64,000 bases of DNA from NCBI GenBank assembly GCA_016203225.1, contig JACQNC010000006.1, forward strand, positions 72,552-136,551. The letters run 5' to 3'. The notes under the pieces were generated by a model that was given only the letters and a program-made list of their open reading frames with translations, had not been told where the DNA came from and did no database searches. Made by a program: the position numbers and the translations under genes. The stretch's first letter is position 1, and every line of letters starts with the position of its first letter. This DNA comes from Candidatus Woesearchaeota archaeon (lineage in GTDB: Archaea > Nanobdellota > Nanobdellia > Woesearchaeales > ARS49). Shown in pieces: positions 15,120 to 24,325 of the stretch.

Positions 15120-16321
15120 AGTTCGCGCACCTCGCGGACGTCCACCTCGGAGGCTGGCGCGAGCCAAAAATGCGCGACGTCAACACACGCAGCTTCATCA
15201 CCGCCATCGATCGATGCCTTGCAGAAAAAGTCGACTTCATAATCCTCGCGGGCGACCTGTTCAACACCAGTATGCCTCCAATCGAGAGCCTGAAAGTGGC
15301 CGTGCAGAAGCTCAAGGAAGCGCGCGACAAGGGCGTACCAATCTACATAATCCCTGGCTCGCACGATTTCAGCCCCAGCGGCAAGACAATCCTTGACGTG
15401 CTCGAGGAAGCCGGATTGTTCACCAACGTTGCGAAAGGGGACATCACCGAGGATGGCAAGCTCAAGCTGCGATTCACCGTCGACACGAAGACTGGTGTGA
15501 AGCTCACCGGAGTGCTGGGCAAGAAAGGCGGATTGGACAGGAAGTACTATGAGGACATCGTGCGCGAACCGCTCGAGTCCGAGCCGGGCCCCAAGATCTT
15601 CCTATTCCACTGCGCATTGCAGGAAGTCAAGCCGAAGGAATTGGCAGAGATGGACGCCATGAGCGTGGCGTTCCTGCCCAAGGGCTTCGACTACTACGCC
15701 GGCGGCCACGTCCACGTGGTAGATAGGGCCAATCTCGGCACGCACAACAACATCGTCTATCCGGGCCCTGTTTTCCCGAACAATTTCGCTGAAATTGAGA
15801 AATTGAGGCACGGAAGCTTCGTGCTCTACGACAACGGCGTGGTGACTCACGTCCCGCTGCAGCTCCATCCGACCATCTCGATCACTGTCTCGGCAGAGGG
15901 GAAAACCCCCTCCGAGACCGAGCAGGCCGTGCTCGAGGAGCTGAAGACAAAGAGCCTCAAGGACGCGATAGTCACGGTCAGGATCGCGGGCACGCTCAAG
16001 CAAGGCAGGCCGTCGGACGTGAACCTGAACGATCTCATACAGCACTGCTACGACCTCGGCGCGTATTTCGTGATGAAGAACTCGAACGCGCTCCTCAGCA
16101 CGGAGTTCGAACAGGTCACGCTAAGCACACGCTCGGTCGACGACATCGAGGACAGGCTCATAGCGGAACACGTCGGCAAGAGCGGCGTGTTCCCCGCGGA
16201 ATACGAACGCGCGCTGCTCAGGGACCTCATGCAGTCGTTCGCGAAAGAGAAGGATGAAGGCGAGAAGATCGCCGACTTCGAGAAGCGCGTCAAGACCGAC
16301 GCGCAACGGATCCTGTCCTAG
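15116..16321 (+). CDS. mre11: Mre11/SbcD-type metallophosphoesterase nuclease
   Basis: Motifs ADVHLG, LAGDLFN, PGSHD and GGHVHV appear in the canonical order. Confidence 0.8.
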   Translation: MKFAHLADVHLGGWREPKMRDVNTRSFITAIDRCLAEKVDFIILAGDLFNTSMPPIESLKVAVQKLKEARDKGVPIYIIPGSHDFSPSGKTILDVLEEAGLFTNVAKGDITEDGKLKLRFTVDTKTGVKLTGVLGKKGGLDRKYYEDIVREPLESEPGPKIFLFHCALQEVKPKELAEMDAMSVAFLPKGFDYYAGGHVHVVDRANLGTHNNIVYPGPVFPNNFAEIEKLRHGSFVLYDNGVVTHVPLQLHPTISITVSAEGKTPSETEQAVLEELKTKSLKDAIVTVRIAGTLKQGRPSDVNLNDLIQHCYDLGAYFVMKNSNALLSTEFEQVTLSTRSVDDIEDRLIAEHVGKSGVFPAEYERALLRDLMQSFAKEKDEGEKIADFEKRVKTDAQRILS

Positions 16322-17183
16322 GCCACGCCAACTTCTTGGGTTTTCCGAGCTTCTTCGACCACGTATTGACGAGCTCGCGATATGTGTTCACGTGCAGCCA
16401 ACGATTGCTGTGCAGGCACTTGACCTCCACACCGTCCCGCAAGAACTCCACGAAGAGCATGATGCGCTTGTCGATCACGCGCTGCTTGCTGTACACCCGC
16501 TGCGCGTGCCTTGAAGGATCGCCGAACAGCAACACCTCGAACGGACGCTCTGTCCTGCGCGTGCGCGTGAAGAAATCATGCCGTATGTGCTCGAGCCTAC
16601 GCTTGATCACCTTGCGTTTCTTGAACGCGAGCAGCGCGGCGATGACGAGCACCGCGAACACCGTGCCTATCACGATGTCGACCTTGCGGAACCACACGAC
16701 GAACCCCGGCAACAACGCGCCTAACCAGAATCCAAGGAAAACCATCACAGGCACCCAGATGATGGCCGCGAGCGTGTCCCAGAAAAGGAAGTCCCGCACA
16801 GGCATCCTAGTGGCGCCTGCGGCTATCGGGAAGAACACGCGCACGCCCGCGAGGAACCGCGAGACGAACACGGTCTTGCTGCCGTGGCGCTCGAAGTGGT
16901 ACTCGACGCGCCTGAACTTGTCCTTCGCGAGCAGCTTCCTCAGACGCTTGCCATGATGGCTGCCTATCCAGTAACCGAGCAAGTCACCTGCGAGCACGCC
17001 GATGAAACTGATGAGAACTGCGCCCCAGACGTTCATGTAGCCTAGCGACGAGACGTACCCGGCGACGAGCAGGATGATCTCCTCGGGGAACGGGACGCCG
17101 ACGCTTCCGATGAGCAGCAGGATGACGATCGCCACATAGGACAGCTGCTCGATGTACGAGATGAAGAAATCGACGAGCGCCAT
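16290..17183 (-). CDS. DedA/VTT-family membrane protein with a C-terminal soluble extension of about 100 aa
   Basis: GVPFPEEIILLVAGY plus multiple TM helices, followed by a basic non-membrane tail. The 3' end overlaps the mre11 3' end by 32 nt (convergent). Confidence 0.75.
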   Translation of the reverse strand: MALVDFFISYIEQLSYVAIVILLLIGSVGVPFPEEIILLVAGYVSSLGYMNVWGAVLISFIGVLAGDLLGYWIGSHHGKRLRKLLAKDKFRRVEYHFERHGSKTVFVSRFLAGVRVFFPIAAGATRMPVRDFLFWDTLAAIIWVPVMVFLGFWLGALLPGFVVWFRKVDIVIGTVFAVLVIAALLAFKKRKVIKRRLEHIRHDFFTRTRRTERPFEVLLFGDPSRHAQRVYSKQRVIDKRIMLFVEFLRDGVEVKCLHSNRWLHVNTYRELVNTWSKKLGKPKKLAWPRTGSVARRS

Positions 17184-18481
17184 CAGGGGGTGCTTCGCTT
17201 GATCGTGCGCGGGAACGGGATCGCGTCACGGATGCTGTCCAGCTTGCAGATCCAGCGCACCACTCGCTCGATGCCGAGCCCGAAACCGGAGTGCGGCACG
17301 CTGCCATACCTGCGCAGGTCCAAGTACCAGTCGTAATGTTCTATCTTCTCGCCGGCCTTCTTCAGCTTTTCTATCAGGATATTGACATCCGTCTCGCGCT
17401 CTGAGCTGCCGATTATCTCGCCGAAGCCCTCCGGCGCGAGCACGTCGCAGCACTTCACGACGCGCGGATCGTCAGGGTCGTCCTTCATGTAGAACGCCTT
17501 GATCTCCTTCGGATAACCCGTGACCCACAACGGCTTGTCATAATGCTTCACGAGCGCCTCTTCCTCGATTGTGCGCAGATCCTTGCCCCACGGGATGTCG
17601 ATGCCATCCTTGTGCAGCATCTTGATGGCTTCCGTGTACGTGATGCGCGGGAACGGCGCCTTGATCTTCTCGATATCGCGGTAGTCGCGGCCGAGAAGCT
17701 TGAGCTCCTCGCGGCAGTGCTTGGCGACATGCTGACAGATGGCCGTTATGAGCCCTTGCTCGAACTCGACCAGCCCTTCGAAATCCATCCACGCCTCTTC
17801 GCCCTCGAGGTGCCAGTATTCAGTCAGGTGTCGATTGGTCTTGCTCGGCTCGGCGCGGAACGATGGCGTGAGCGCCCAGACCTTCTCCAGCGAGAAAATC
17901 ATGGCTTCGAGATAGAGCTGCGCGCTCTGGCTGAGGAACGCGTCCTCGCCGAAGTAGTCGATGTGGAACAACGTGCTTCCGCCCTCGCAGGAACTTCCGG
18001 TGATGATGGGCGGAGTCACTTCGAAGTAGCCTTTTGTCGCGAAATAGTCGCGGCACGCCTTCAGGACTTCCGCCTTGACCTTCCAGACGGTCGTGAGCTC
18101 GCGGCTCCTGATCCAGAGGTGGCGCTTGTCGAGCAGGTCCTCTGTCGACTGGTCCTTCGTGATTGGGAAGCGCTCCGCCTTGTGGACGAGCTTGAAATCA
18201 TCCACCTCGACCTCGAAACCCGTCGGCGCGCGCTTGTCCTCCTTCAACGTTCCTGATAACTCGACCGCGCTCTCTATAAGGACGCTCTCCGCCTGTTCCC
18301 AGAGCTTCGGCGAGACCTTCTCCTTCTTGACGACGCACTGGATGATGCTCGTCCTGTCGCGCAGAACGATGAAAGCGAAGGCGTTGCTCTTGCGTTCGCG
18401 ATAGACCCAGCCGCGCAGATGCACTTTTCCTTTACCCTTTTCGATGGCTTCTTGGACGGTGATGAATTCCATGGCGCTCAT
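17183..18481 (-). CDS. asnS: asparaginyl-tRNA synthetase
   Basis: Class IIb with an N-terminal OB fold, FRAEPSKTNRHLTEYWHLEGEEAW, and GFGLGIERVVRWICKLDSIRDAIPFPRT. Confidence 0.8.
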   Translation of the reverse strand: MSAMEFITVQEAIEKGKGKVHLRGWVYRERKSNAFAFIVLRDRTSIIQCVVKKEKVSPKLWEQAESVLIESAVELSGTLKEDKRAPTGFEVEVDDFKLVHKAERFPITKDQSTEDLLDKRHLWIRSRELTTVWKVKAEVLKACRDYFATKGYFEVTPPIITGSSCEGGSTLFHIDYFGEDAFLSQSAQLYLEAMIFSLEKVWALTPSFRAEPSKTNRHLTEYWHLEGEEAWMDFEGLVEFEQGLITAICQHVAKHCREELKLLGRDYRDIEKIKAPFPRITYTEAIKMLHKDGIDIPWGKDLRTIEEEALVKHYDKPLWVTGYPKEIKAFYMKDDPDDPRVVKCCDVLAPEGFGEIIGSSERETDVNILIEKLKKAGEKIEHYDWYLDLRRYGSVPHSGFGLGIERVVRWICKLDSIRDAIPFPRTIKRSTP

Positions 18482-18524
18482 TCCTCCTGTTCTTTATTTA
18501 AACGTTATGGAGATACAAAAAAAG

Positions 18525-18635
18525 CGCCCTCCGCCAGATTTGAACTGGCGACCTTGTGGTTTCAGCCGACGTTCATCGGCAGACCCGACGAATCGGTAAC
18601 AGCCACACGCTCTAACCGGGCTGAGCTAGGAGGGC
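18525..18635 (-). tRNA. tRNA-Asn (anticodon GTT) with a 36-nt intron at canonical 37/38
   Basis: Exon 1 is 18597-18635, the intron 18561-18596 and exon 2 18525-18560. Acceptor GCCCTCC/GGAGGGC, T-arm GCCAG-TTCAAAT-CTGGC, spliced loop CTGTTAA. A relaxed bulge-helix-bulge can be drawn (3-nt bulge, 4 bp with one U-U, 3-nt bulge). Confidence 0.75.
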
Positions 18636-18729
18636 AGGGACTATGCAAGAGAACTCAGTTATTATCGCCCAAACGGCTCAGACTCATAGAAACCGGCAAC
18701 CGACAAGGCGCTAATAAAACTTTCGCAAA

Positions 18730-19194
18730 TCAACCCTGCGCGACAGAAACGCGAATAGGTCTCACTACGCGATCCCAGTCATCGATGTTCATTCCGATGC
18801 TCGTGTCGTGACGGCCCGCGTTGAAGTATATCATCTCGTTCCGCCACAACGACTTGTCGACATAGACCGGGATGTTGAACAGGTTGCCGAACGGAGGGAT
18901 GCTCCCGATCCTGCAACCAGTTATCTGGAACGCCTCCTCAGGCGTCGCGAGCGAGAGCGATTTCGTCCTCAACACCCGACGGAGCGCGCTCCAATCCACC
19001 TGCTTGTCGCCAGAGATGACAAGCATCGCGAACGCGCCTTCCGAGCGGAACACCAACGCCTTCGCACCAGCCATCAACGGCGTGCCACGGACGGACGCGC
19101 CCTCTTCAGAAGTCCCACAATCAGGATGAGTCCAACATTTGTAGACGACTTTGTTGTAGTCAAGAAGCTTGCGAATGTCTTCCAAGACAGCCAT
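18730..19194 (-). CDS. YbaK/ProX-type aminoacyl-tRNA deacylase
   Basis: 154 aa with GAKALVF and GSIPPFG motifs typical of YbaK/prolyl-tRNA editing domains. Confidence 0.7.
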   Translation of the reverse strand: MAVLEDIRKLLDYNKVVYKCWTHPDCGTSEEGASVRGTPLMAGAKALVFRSEGAFAMLVISGDKQVDWSALRRVLRTKSLSLATPEEAFQITGCRIGSIPPFGNLFNIPVYVDKSLWRNEMIYFNAGRHDTSIGMNIDDWDRVVRPIRVSVAQG

Positions 19195-19195
19195 C

Positions 19196-20503
19196 TTACG
19201 GAACGACGCGTTCAGGATCGCGCGGGAAGAGGCACGCCTCGCGGATGTTCTCGAGGTTCAACAGCTTCATCGTGAGCCGGTCGATGCCCAGCCCGAAACC
19301 GCCATGCGGCGGCGCGCCGTACTTGAACGGCATCGTGTAGAAGTCGAACGTCTTGAGCACGAGCCCCTTGCCCTCGATCTGCTTGCACAGCACAGGATAT
19401 CTGTGTTCGCGCTGGCCTCCTGAGACTAGTTCGGTGCCACGATACTCGAAGTCGAATCCGCGCGAGACGCCGTTGTCGTTCATGATGTAGAACGCTCGCT
19501 GACTGGAGGGATACTTCGTGATGAAATAAGCGTCGGTCTTGAACTTCTTCCTGATGAGCTCGCCGAGTTTCTTCTCCTCTTCGATGCCGAGGTCGAAGTC
19601 AGGCGGAAGTTTCGCGCCCTCCTCGTTCAGTAGCTCGATAGCCTTGGCGACAGTGATGCGCGGGAAAGGCAATGTCGGGACGTCTATAGTCACACCGAGC
19701 ATGCGCAGTTGTTCCTGGCAAAGCTCGTTGACCGTCGTGCATACGTGAACGAAAAGGCGCTCGAGGAATCCCAGCACGTCATCCTCGTCGTTGATGAAGG
19801 ACATCTCGAAATCGATCTGCGTGAACTCCGTGAAGTGCCGCATCGTGTGGGACTTCTCCGCCCGGAACGAGGGGCCGATCTCGAAGACCTTCTCGAAACC
19901 CGCGATCAGCATCATCTGCTTGTACAACTGCTGCGATTGCGAGAGATACGCCTTCTTGTCATAATACACAACTGGGAACAGCGTCGCGCCGCCTTCGGCG
20001 CCCTGCGAGATTATCTTCGGCGTCTGCATCTCGATCACGCCCTCCTTCATCATGAATTGGCGCACGGCCCAGTTGACCATGCTACGCACCTTGAAGATCG
20101 CGAGGTTGCGCGGATTCCGCAAGTCCAGGAAGCGATTATCAAGCCGCTTGTCCAAAGACGTGGGGATCGTGCCGGAGATGTCAATAGGCAGGTTCGGGTC
20201 GGACGCAGAAAGGACCTCGAGGTCGTGCAGGACGACCTCCTTCGCGCCGGACTTCTGCTTGCCCGTCTGGACCTTGCCGTGAACCGAGACGACAGACTCC
20301 TTGGGGATATCCTTCAAGGTCGCGAACTGCTTGAAGTCCTGCAAAGCAGTGAGCTGCACGAATCCTTCGCGGTCGCGCAGCTTGATGAACGCTATCTTAC
20401 CGAGGTTCCTGATGTCCGCGGCCCAGCCGGCCAAGACGACATCGTCGCCCTCGGCGCGATGCTGCACCTGGTTCGTGAAGATGCGCTTGTGCAGGTCGAT
20501 CAT
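19196..20503 (-). CDS. aspS: aspartyl-tRNA synthetase (archaeal type)
   Basis: FRAEKSHTMRHFTEFTQIDFEMSF, GGQREHRY, and HGGFGLGIDRLTMKLLNLENIREACLFPRD. Confidence 0.85.
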   Translation of the reverse strand: MIDLHKRIFTNQVQHRAEGDDVVLAGWAADIRNLGKIAFIKLRDREGFVQLTALQDFKQFATLKDIPKESVVSVHGKVQTGKQKSGAKEVVLHDLEVLSASDPNLPIDISGTIPTSLDKRLDNRFLDLRNPRNLAIFKVRSMVNWAVRQFMMKEGVIEMQTPKIISQGAEGGATLFPVVYYDKKAYLSQSQQLYKQMMLIAGFEKVFEIGPSFRAEKSHTMRHFTEFTQIDFEMSFINDEDDVLGFLERLFVHVCTTVNELCQEQLRMLGVTIDVPTLPFPRITVAKAIELLNEEGAKLPPDFDLGIEEEKKLGELIRKKFKTDAYFITKYPSSQRAFYIMNDNGVSRGFDFEYRGTELVSGGQREHRYPVLCKQIEGKGLVLKTFDFYTMPFKYGAPPHGGFGLGIDRLTMKLLNLENIREACLFPRDPERVVP

Positions 20504-20536
20504 AGAATGCGGTCAAAAGGGAGCTGTTTAAAAGGT

Positions 20537-21115
20537 TTACCGCTTCAACTTCAGCTGCAACGCCAAGTCCTCGAGCTTCTCCAACCCATACTTGATGCTG
20601 TCGAACTTCCTCCTGACAGGACTGTTCGGGAAGTCGAAGAGCATCAATTCCTCGTACGTGTCCTTGACGAAGTCGCGGATCCTGAGCGCGGTCTTGGGAT
20701 CGTCGGCGATGGCACTGTTGATTGCCTTGCGCACGAGCTCACCCATCAGGTCGCACAATCCAGGAAGGTATACCTCAGTGTGCACGCCGAGCTCCTCGGG
20801 CGACGGAAGAGTGCCGTCCTTGAGATAGCTCGCATAGCAGGAAGCCTCGACGAACTCCTCCACGGCATCGATGTACGCGCCGACCTGCGCGAGGTGCGCG
20901 TCTGTCGCGATGACGTTGTGGAGCGCCGAGATCGTGGCACGCGCCCGTTTCAGCTGCTGTTCAGCGGTCTTCGCGTCATTCCGATGCATGCTATAGATTG
21001 CCGCCTTGCTGGATTTGAGCACGTCACGCGAGTCCTTGATGAGCTGCTCGCGCGCTTTGTCGTACGTTTCCAGGTCGTTGCGCATCTGCGCAAAGGCTTT
21101 CTTCGTGAGCATCAA
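20537..21115 (-). CDS. translin-family protein
   Basis: 192-aa all-helical protein resembling archaeal translin-like proteins. A TATA-like box lies about 30 nt upstream of the ATG. Confidence 0.55.
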   Translation of the reverse strand: MMLTKKAFAQMRNDLETYDKAREQLIKDSRDVLKSSKAAIYSMHRNDAKTAEQQLKRARATISALHNVIATDAHLAQVGAYIDAVEEFVEASCYASYLKDGTLPSPEELGVHTEVYLPGLCDLMGELVRKAINSAIADDPKTALRIRDFVKDTYEELMLFDFPNSPVRRKFDSIKYGLEKLEDLALQLKLKR

Positions 21116-21216
21116 ACGAACTGTCGCTCCGCGCTATATAAACACTCCGAAGGACGACCCCAAAAGCTTTATATATCCTGCACCGCTCAACAAGAACCAG
21201 CAAAAAGGCGTGAACA

Positions 21217-21789
21217 ATGGCTCAGACTGTGCTCGGCAACGTGCTAGATTTCTTCGCCCGCATAGGTATCTACGATGTCGTTTTGCCGTTCATCCTCGTG
21301 TTCACCATCGTATACGCGATCCTTGAACGCACACGCGTGTTCGGCACAGAGAAGATCGATGGCAAGGAATACACAAAGCGCAACCTGAACGCCATGACCG
21401 CGTTCGTGATAGGCTTCCTAGTCATCGCGTCAAGCAAGTTGGTCGAAACCATCACCAGCGTGTCCAGCAACGTCGTCGTACTGTTACTGTTGGGCGTGTT
21501 CTTCCTGATGCTCGTCGGCAGCTTCTACGCCCAAGGCGAGATCGGCGAGAAAGGCGTATCGGGCTGGATCAAGACTGTCTTCATAATCATCATGCTCGTC
21601 GGGATCATCGCGATCTTCATGAACGCGCTCAAGACCGACTCCGGCCAGACCTGGCTCGACTACAGCCTCGGCTACCTCTCGGCCAACTGGAGCTCGACCG
21701 CAGTCGCGAGCATCATTCTCATCATCCTGGTGGTCCTATTCATCTGGGGGCTCACACGAGAGGGCGGCAAGAAAGAGGAGAAGAAATAG
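21217..21789 (+). CDS. multi-pass membrane protein, paralog 1 of a tandem triplet
   Basis: The N-terminus FFARIGIYDVVLPFILVFTIVYAILERTRVFG is shared with the next two genes. About 5 hydrophobic segments. Confidence 0.7.
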   Translation: MAQTVLGNVLDFFARIGIYDVVLPFILVFTIVYAILERTRVFGTEKIDGKEYTKRNLNAMTAFVIGFLVIASSKLVETITSVSSNVVVLLLLGVFFLMLVGSFYAQGEIGEKGVSGWIKTVFIIIMLVGIIAIFMNALKTDSGQTWLDYSLGYLSANWSSTAVASIILIILVVLFIWGLTREGGKKEEKK

Positions 21790-21798
21790 AGGTGCACC

Positions 21799-22377
21799 AT
21801 GCCTGTTGACTTCGCAAACGCATTCAGCTTCCTTGACCAGTTCGGCATAACCGACATCCTCCTTCCGTTCGTTCTCATCTTCACGATAGTCTATGCCGTG
21901 TTGGCGAAGATCAAGCTGTTCGGCGAAGAGAGCAAGAAATACAACCTCATAATCGCGTTGGGCATCTCCCTGTTGGCCATAATCCCGCACGCCACGGGCA
22001 GATACCAGGAATTCGACATCGTCAACGTCATAAACGCCAGCCTGCCGCAGGTAGCGCTCATCCTAATCGCGATCGTCGTGCTAATGGTCCTCATCGGGCT
22101 CGTGGGCGGCGGCGCGCCAGGCACGAGCAGCATCATCCTCGGCATCGCCGGGCTCATAGGAGTCATCCTGCTAATCATCGTGTTCTGGCGCGCGCTGTTC
22201 CCATACAGCACGCCTTCGTGGCTGAGCTTCCTCGACGATCCAAGCACACAAGCTCTGCTCATCATCCTGGTAGTGTTCGGACTCATCGTCTGGTTCGTCA
22301 CGAAAGAACCGGGCAAACCGGGCGAAGGCACAAAAGCGGCACAGGAGTTCTTCAAAGCCATGTTCGGAGGCAAATGA
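21799..22377 (+). CDS. multi-pass membrane protein, paralog 2
   Basis: FLDQFGITDILLPFVLIFTIVYAVLAKIKLFG; same length class (192 aa). Confidence 0.7.
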   Translation: MPVDFANAFSFLDQFGITDILLPFVLIFTIVYAVLAKIKLFGEESKKYNLIIALGISLLAIIPHATGRYQEFDIVNVINASLPQVALILIAIVVLMVLIGLVGGGAPGTSSIILGIAGLIGVILLIIVFWRALFPYSTPSWLSFLDDPSTQALLIILVVFGLIVWFVTKEPGKPGEGTKAAQEFFKAMFGGK

Positions 22378-22935
22378 ATGGCCACTCCGCTCGACATCGG
22401 GCTGCTGCAGAACTTCAGCATAATCTTCCCGTTCCTGCTGGTGCTCGTGTTCGTCTACGGCGTCCTGAGCATGACGAAGATCTTCGGTGACAACAAGGGC
22501 GTGTACGCGTTCCTGGCGTTCATCCTGGCAGTGAGCACGCTCTTCAGCCCCATCGCCATCAAGACGATCAACCTCATGGCGCCCTGGTTCGTGCTTCTGT
22601 TCATATTCAGCATCTTCCTGCTAATCGCGTACCAGACTTTCGGCATCAAGGAGGAGAGCATCCTTAAGACCATCACGAGCAAGGACCACGGAGACACGTT
22701 CTTCTACTGGGTCCTGTTCCTTGTCCTCGCGATAGGGCTCGGATCCCTTAGCTTCGTCGTCTCTGAAGAACGCGGATTCAAGGCCCTCGCCGAGCAGAAC
22801 GAGACCGGCGCGGTCCAGCAAGGCACGGAACAGACAGGGTTCTGGCAGACCCTCTTCCATCCCAAGATCCTAGGCATGATACTCATCATGCTGATCGCGG
22901 TGTTCACGGTCAAACAATTGGCAAGCTACAAGTGA
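22378..22935 (+). CDS. multi-pass membrane protein, paralog 3
   Basis: NFSIIFPFLLVLVFVYGVLSMTKIFG. It starts 1 nt after the previous stop. Confidence 0.7.
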   Translation: MATPLDIGLLQNFSIIFPFLLVLVFVYGVLSMTKIFGDNKGVYAFLAFILAVSTLFSPIAIKTINLMAPWFVLLFIFSIFLLIAYQTFGIKEESILKTITSKDHGDTFFYWVLFLVLAIGLGSLSFVVSEERGFKALAEQNETGAVQQGTEQTGFWQTLFHPKILGMILIMLIAVFTVKQLASYK

Positions 22936-22936
22936 C

Positions 22937-23524
22937 ATGGCACTACTCGATTTCCTGAAGAAACCGGCACCCGCTGCGCCTGCTGCACCGCCCGTCGACC
23001 AAGTGCTCGCCATGCAACAGCAAGGACTCGCGAACAGCCAGATAGTGCAAGCGTTGCAGCGCCAAGGCTATGACACGAGCGCGATAATGGATGCCATGTC
23101 GCAGGCAGAAGCGAAACGCGGCGTCGAACCGATGACCCCTCAACCCGAAGAGATGCCTCCCCTGCCTTCCGCGCCGCCCGCACCGGCGCGCGCAGAGGCG
23201 TTCGAGGAGATAGCCGAACACATCGTCGACGAGAAGTGGCAGGACTTCACCAAGGAGATGGGGAAGATGGCCGAATGGAAGGACTCAGTCAACTCACGCC
23301 TGGACCGGCTCGAACAGAGCATGAGCGACGTGAAGGCCGACCTCGAAAACCTGCACAAGAGTATCATCAGCAGGATCGGCGAATACGACAAGAACCTCCT
23401 CGATGTCGGCACTGAGATCAAGGCCATGGAGAAGGTCTTCCAGAAAGTCCTCCCGACGCTCACGGAGAACGTCGCCGAACTTTCACGTGTCACGAAGCAG
23501 GTCAAGGGACCTGCCAAGAAATGA
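22937..23524 (+). CDS. coiled-coil protein with an N-terminal helical G-x5-I-x3-L-x3-G-Y module and a Pro/Ala linker
   Basis: 195 aa. The N-terminal module QQGLANSQIVQALQRQGYDTSAIMDAM is followed by a PAPA-rich linker, then heptad-like text (LDRLEQSMSDVKADLENLHKSI). Confidence 0.65.
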   Translation: MALLDFLKKPAPAAPAAPPVDQVLAMQQQGLANSQIVQALQRQGYDTSAIMDAMSQAEAKRGVEPMTPQPEEMPPLPSAPPAPARAEAFEEIAEHIVDEKWQDFTKEMGKMAEWKDSVNSRLDRLEQSMSDVKADLENLHKSIISRIGEYDKNLLDVGTEIKAMEKVFQKVLPTLTENVAELSRVTKQVKGPAKK

Positions 23525-23769
23525 GTTACCGCAGAGGCGGTGTCGTTCTAGGTTTTCCGAAATACTACGGCACCGGCCGAGTCATCCTCGTCGACATCCC
23601 CCACGCATCGGAAGCACCTCCTATGCCGAAAGAACCGGGAGAAGGACCTCCCGCCAAAATCACGCTTGACGAGCTCCTTGAAGGGCTGCGCGCGTTCGGC
23701 AAAGACCGAGAATCAAGGAGGCCACACCGCGAACCTGACGAAGACGCACCAGTGATCTGGGGAAGCTGA
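23521..23769 (+). CDS. possible small protein (82 aa)
   Basis: ATGA overlap with the preceding stop. No recognisable family, and the composition is Pro/Glu/Arg-rich, so it may be spurious. Confidence 0.3.
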   Translation: MSYRRGGVVLGFPKYYGTGRVILVDIPHASEAPPMPKEPGEGPPAKITLDELLEGLRAFGKDRESRRPHREPDEDAPVIWGS

Positions 23770-24240
23770 CTATTCCTCGTGCATCTCTTCCGTGTGCTTC
23801 CCCATCTTCTCGTCGATTATCTTCTCGACCTGTTCGAACGAGACGAACCGGATCGGGTCCCACATCTCGACGTAGCGCTTGAGGACGTCGACGTCCTCCT
23901 TCTTTGAAGTGAGCTGCAATTCCTTGATGACCGTGACGATGCGGTCCTCCATAGAGCGCACCAGGCGTTTCACCTCAAGAACGTCGCTCTGGAGAGTCTT
24001 GAGCTCCTGTTGGTTCTTCTTCTGATGGAGGAGAAGGTTCTGCTCGATCAGTTGGAGCTTGCGGCGTAGATCAGCGTAGCGCTCTTCGGACACGCGCAGG
24101 CGCGTCGTCATCACCTGCACGTCCTGCTGGAGCGAGGTGTCGGCCGGCTCGAGCGGAGTCGGCTTGGAGCCGAACAAGGTCATGCTACCGAAGCCTCTCT
24201 TCTCTTGGCTGGCGATGGGCGGAGCGATAGGGTCGGCCAT
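23770..24240 (-). CDS. coiled-coil protein
   Basis: Long heptad region (LRRKLQLIEQNLLLHQKKNQQELKTLQSDVLEVKRLV). The start is ambiguous: the track gives 24273, I prefer MADPIAPP at 24240, and MTLFGSK at 24183 fits the TATA at 24246-24254 better. Confidence 0.6.
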   Translation of the reverse strand: MADPIAPPIASQEKRGFGSMTLFGSKPTPLEPADTSLQQDVQVMTTRLRVSEERYADLRRKLQLIEQNLLLHQKKNQQELKTLQSDVLEVKRLVRSMEDRIVTVIKELQLTSKKEDVDVLKRYVEMWDPIRFVSFEQVEKIIDEKMGKHTEEMHEE

Positions 24241-24325
24241 AGGAAGGTATATAAGTTCGTATCCGGAAAACACCCATCGAGATAATTAAACTTATGTCAC
24301 TACAGTGAAGGAAAAAAGGTGAGCA

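Noticed and set aside
18525-18635. Alternative reading of the intron-containing tRNA as tRNA-Phe (a CTGAAA string sits at the 3' end of the insert)
   Set aside because: Using CTGAAA as the anticodon loop leaves a 6-nt loop or a 4-bp stem and a non-canonical intron position. The canonical 37/38 intron gives a 7-nt loop CTGTTAA (GTT, Asn) and a drawable bulge-helix-bulge. A canonical tRNA-Phe(GAA) already exists at 28771-28844.
19709-21247. 512-aa plus-strand ORF, the longest unexplained ORF in the track
   Set aside because: It is entirely antisense to aspS and the translin gene, both of which have unmistakable family motifs. Its product is an Arg/Leu/Asp/His/Val-rich low-information sequence, typical of the mirror frame of GC-rich coding DNA.
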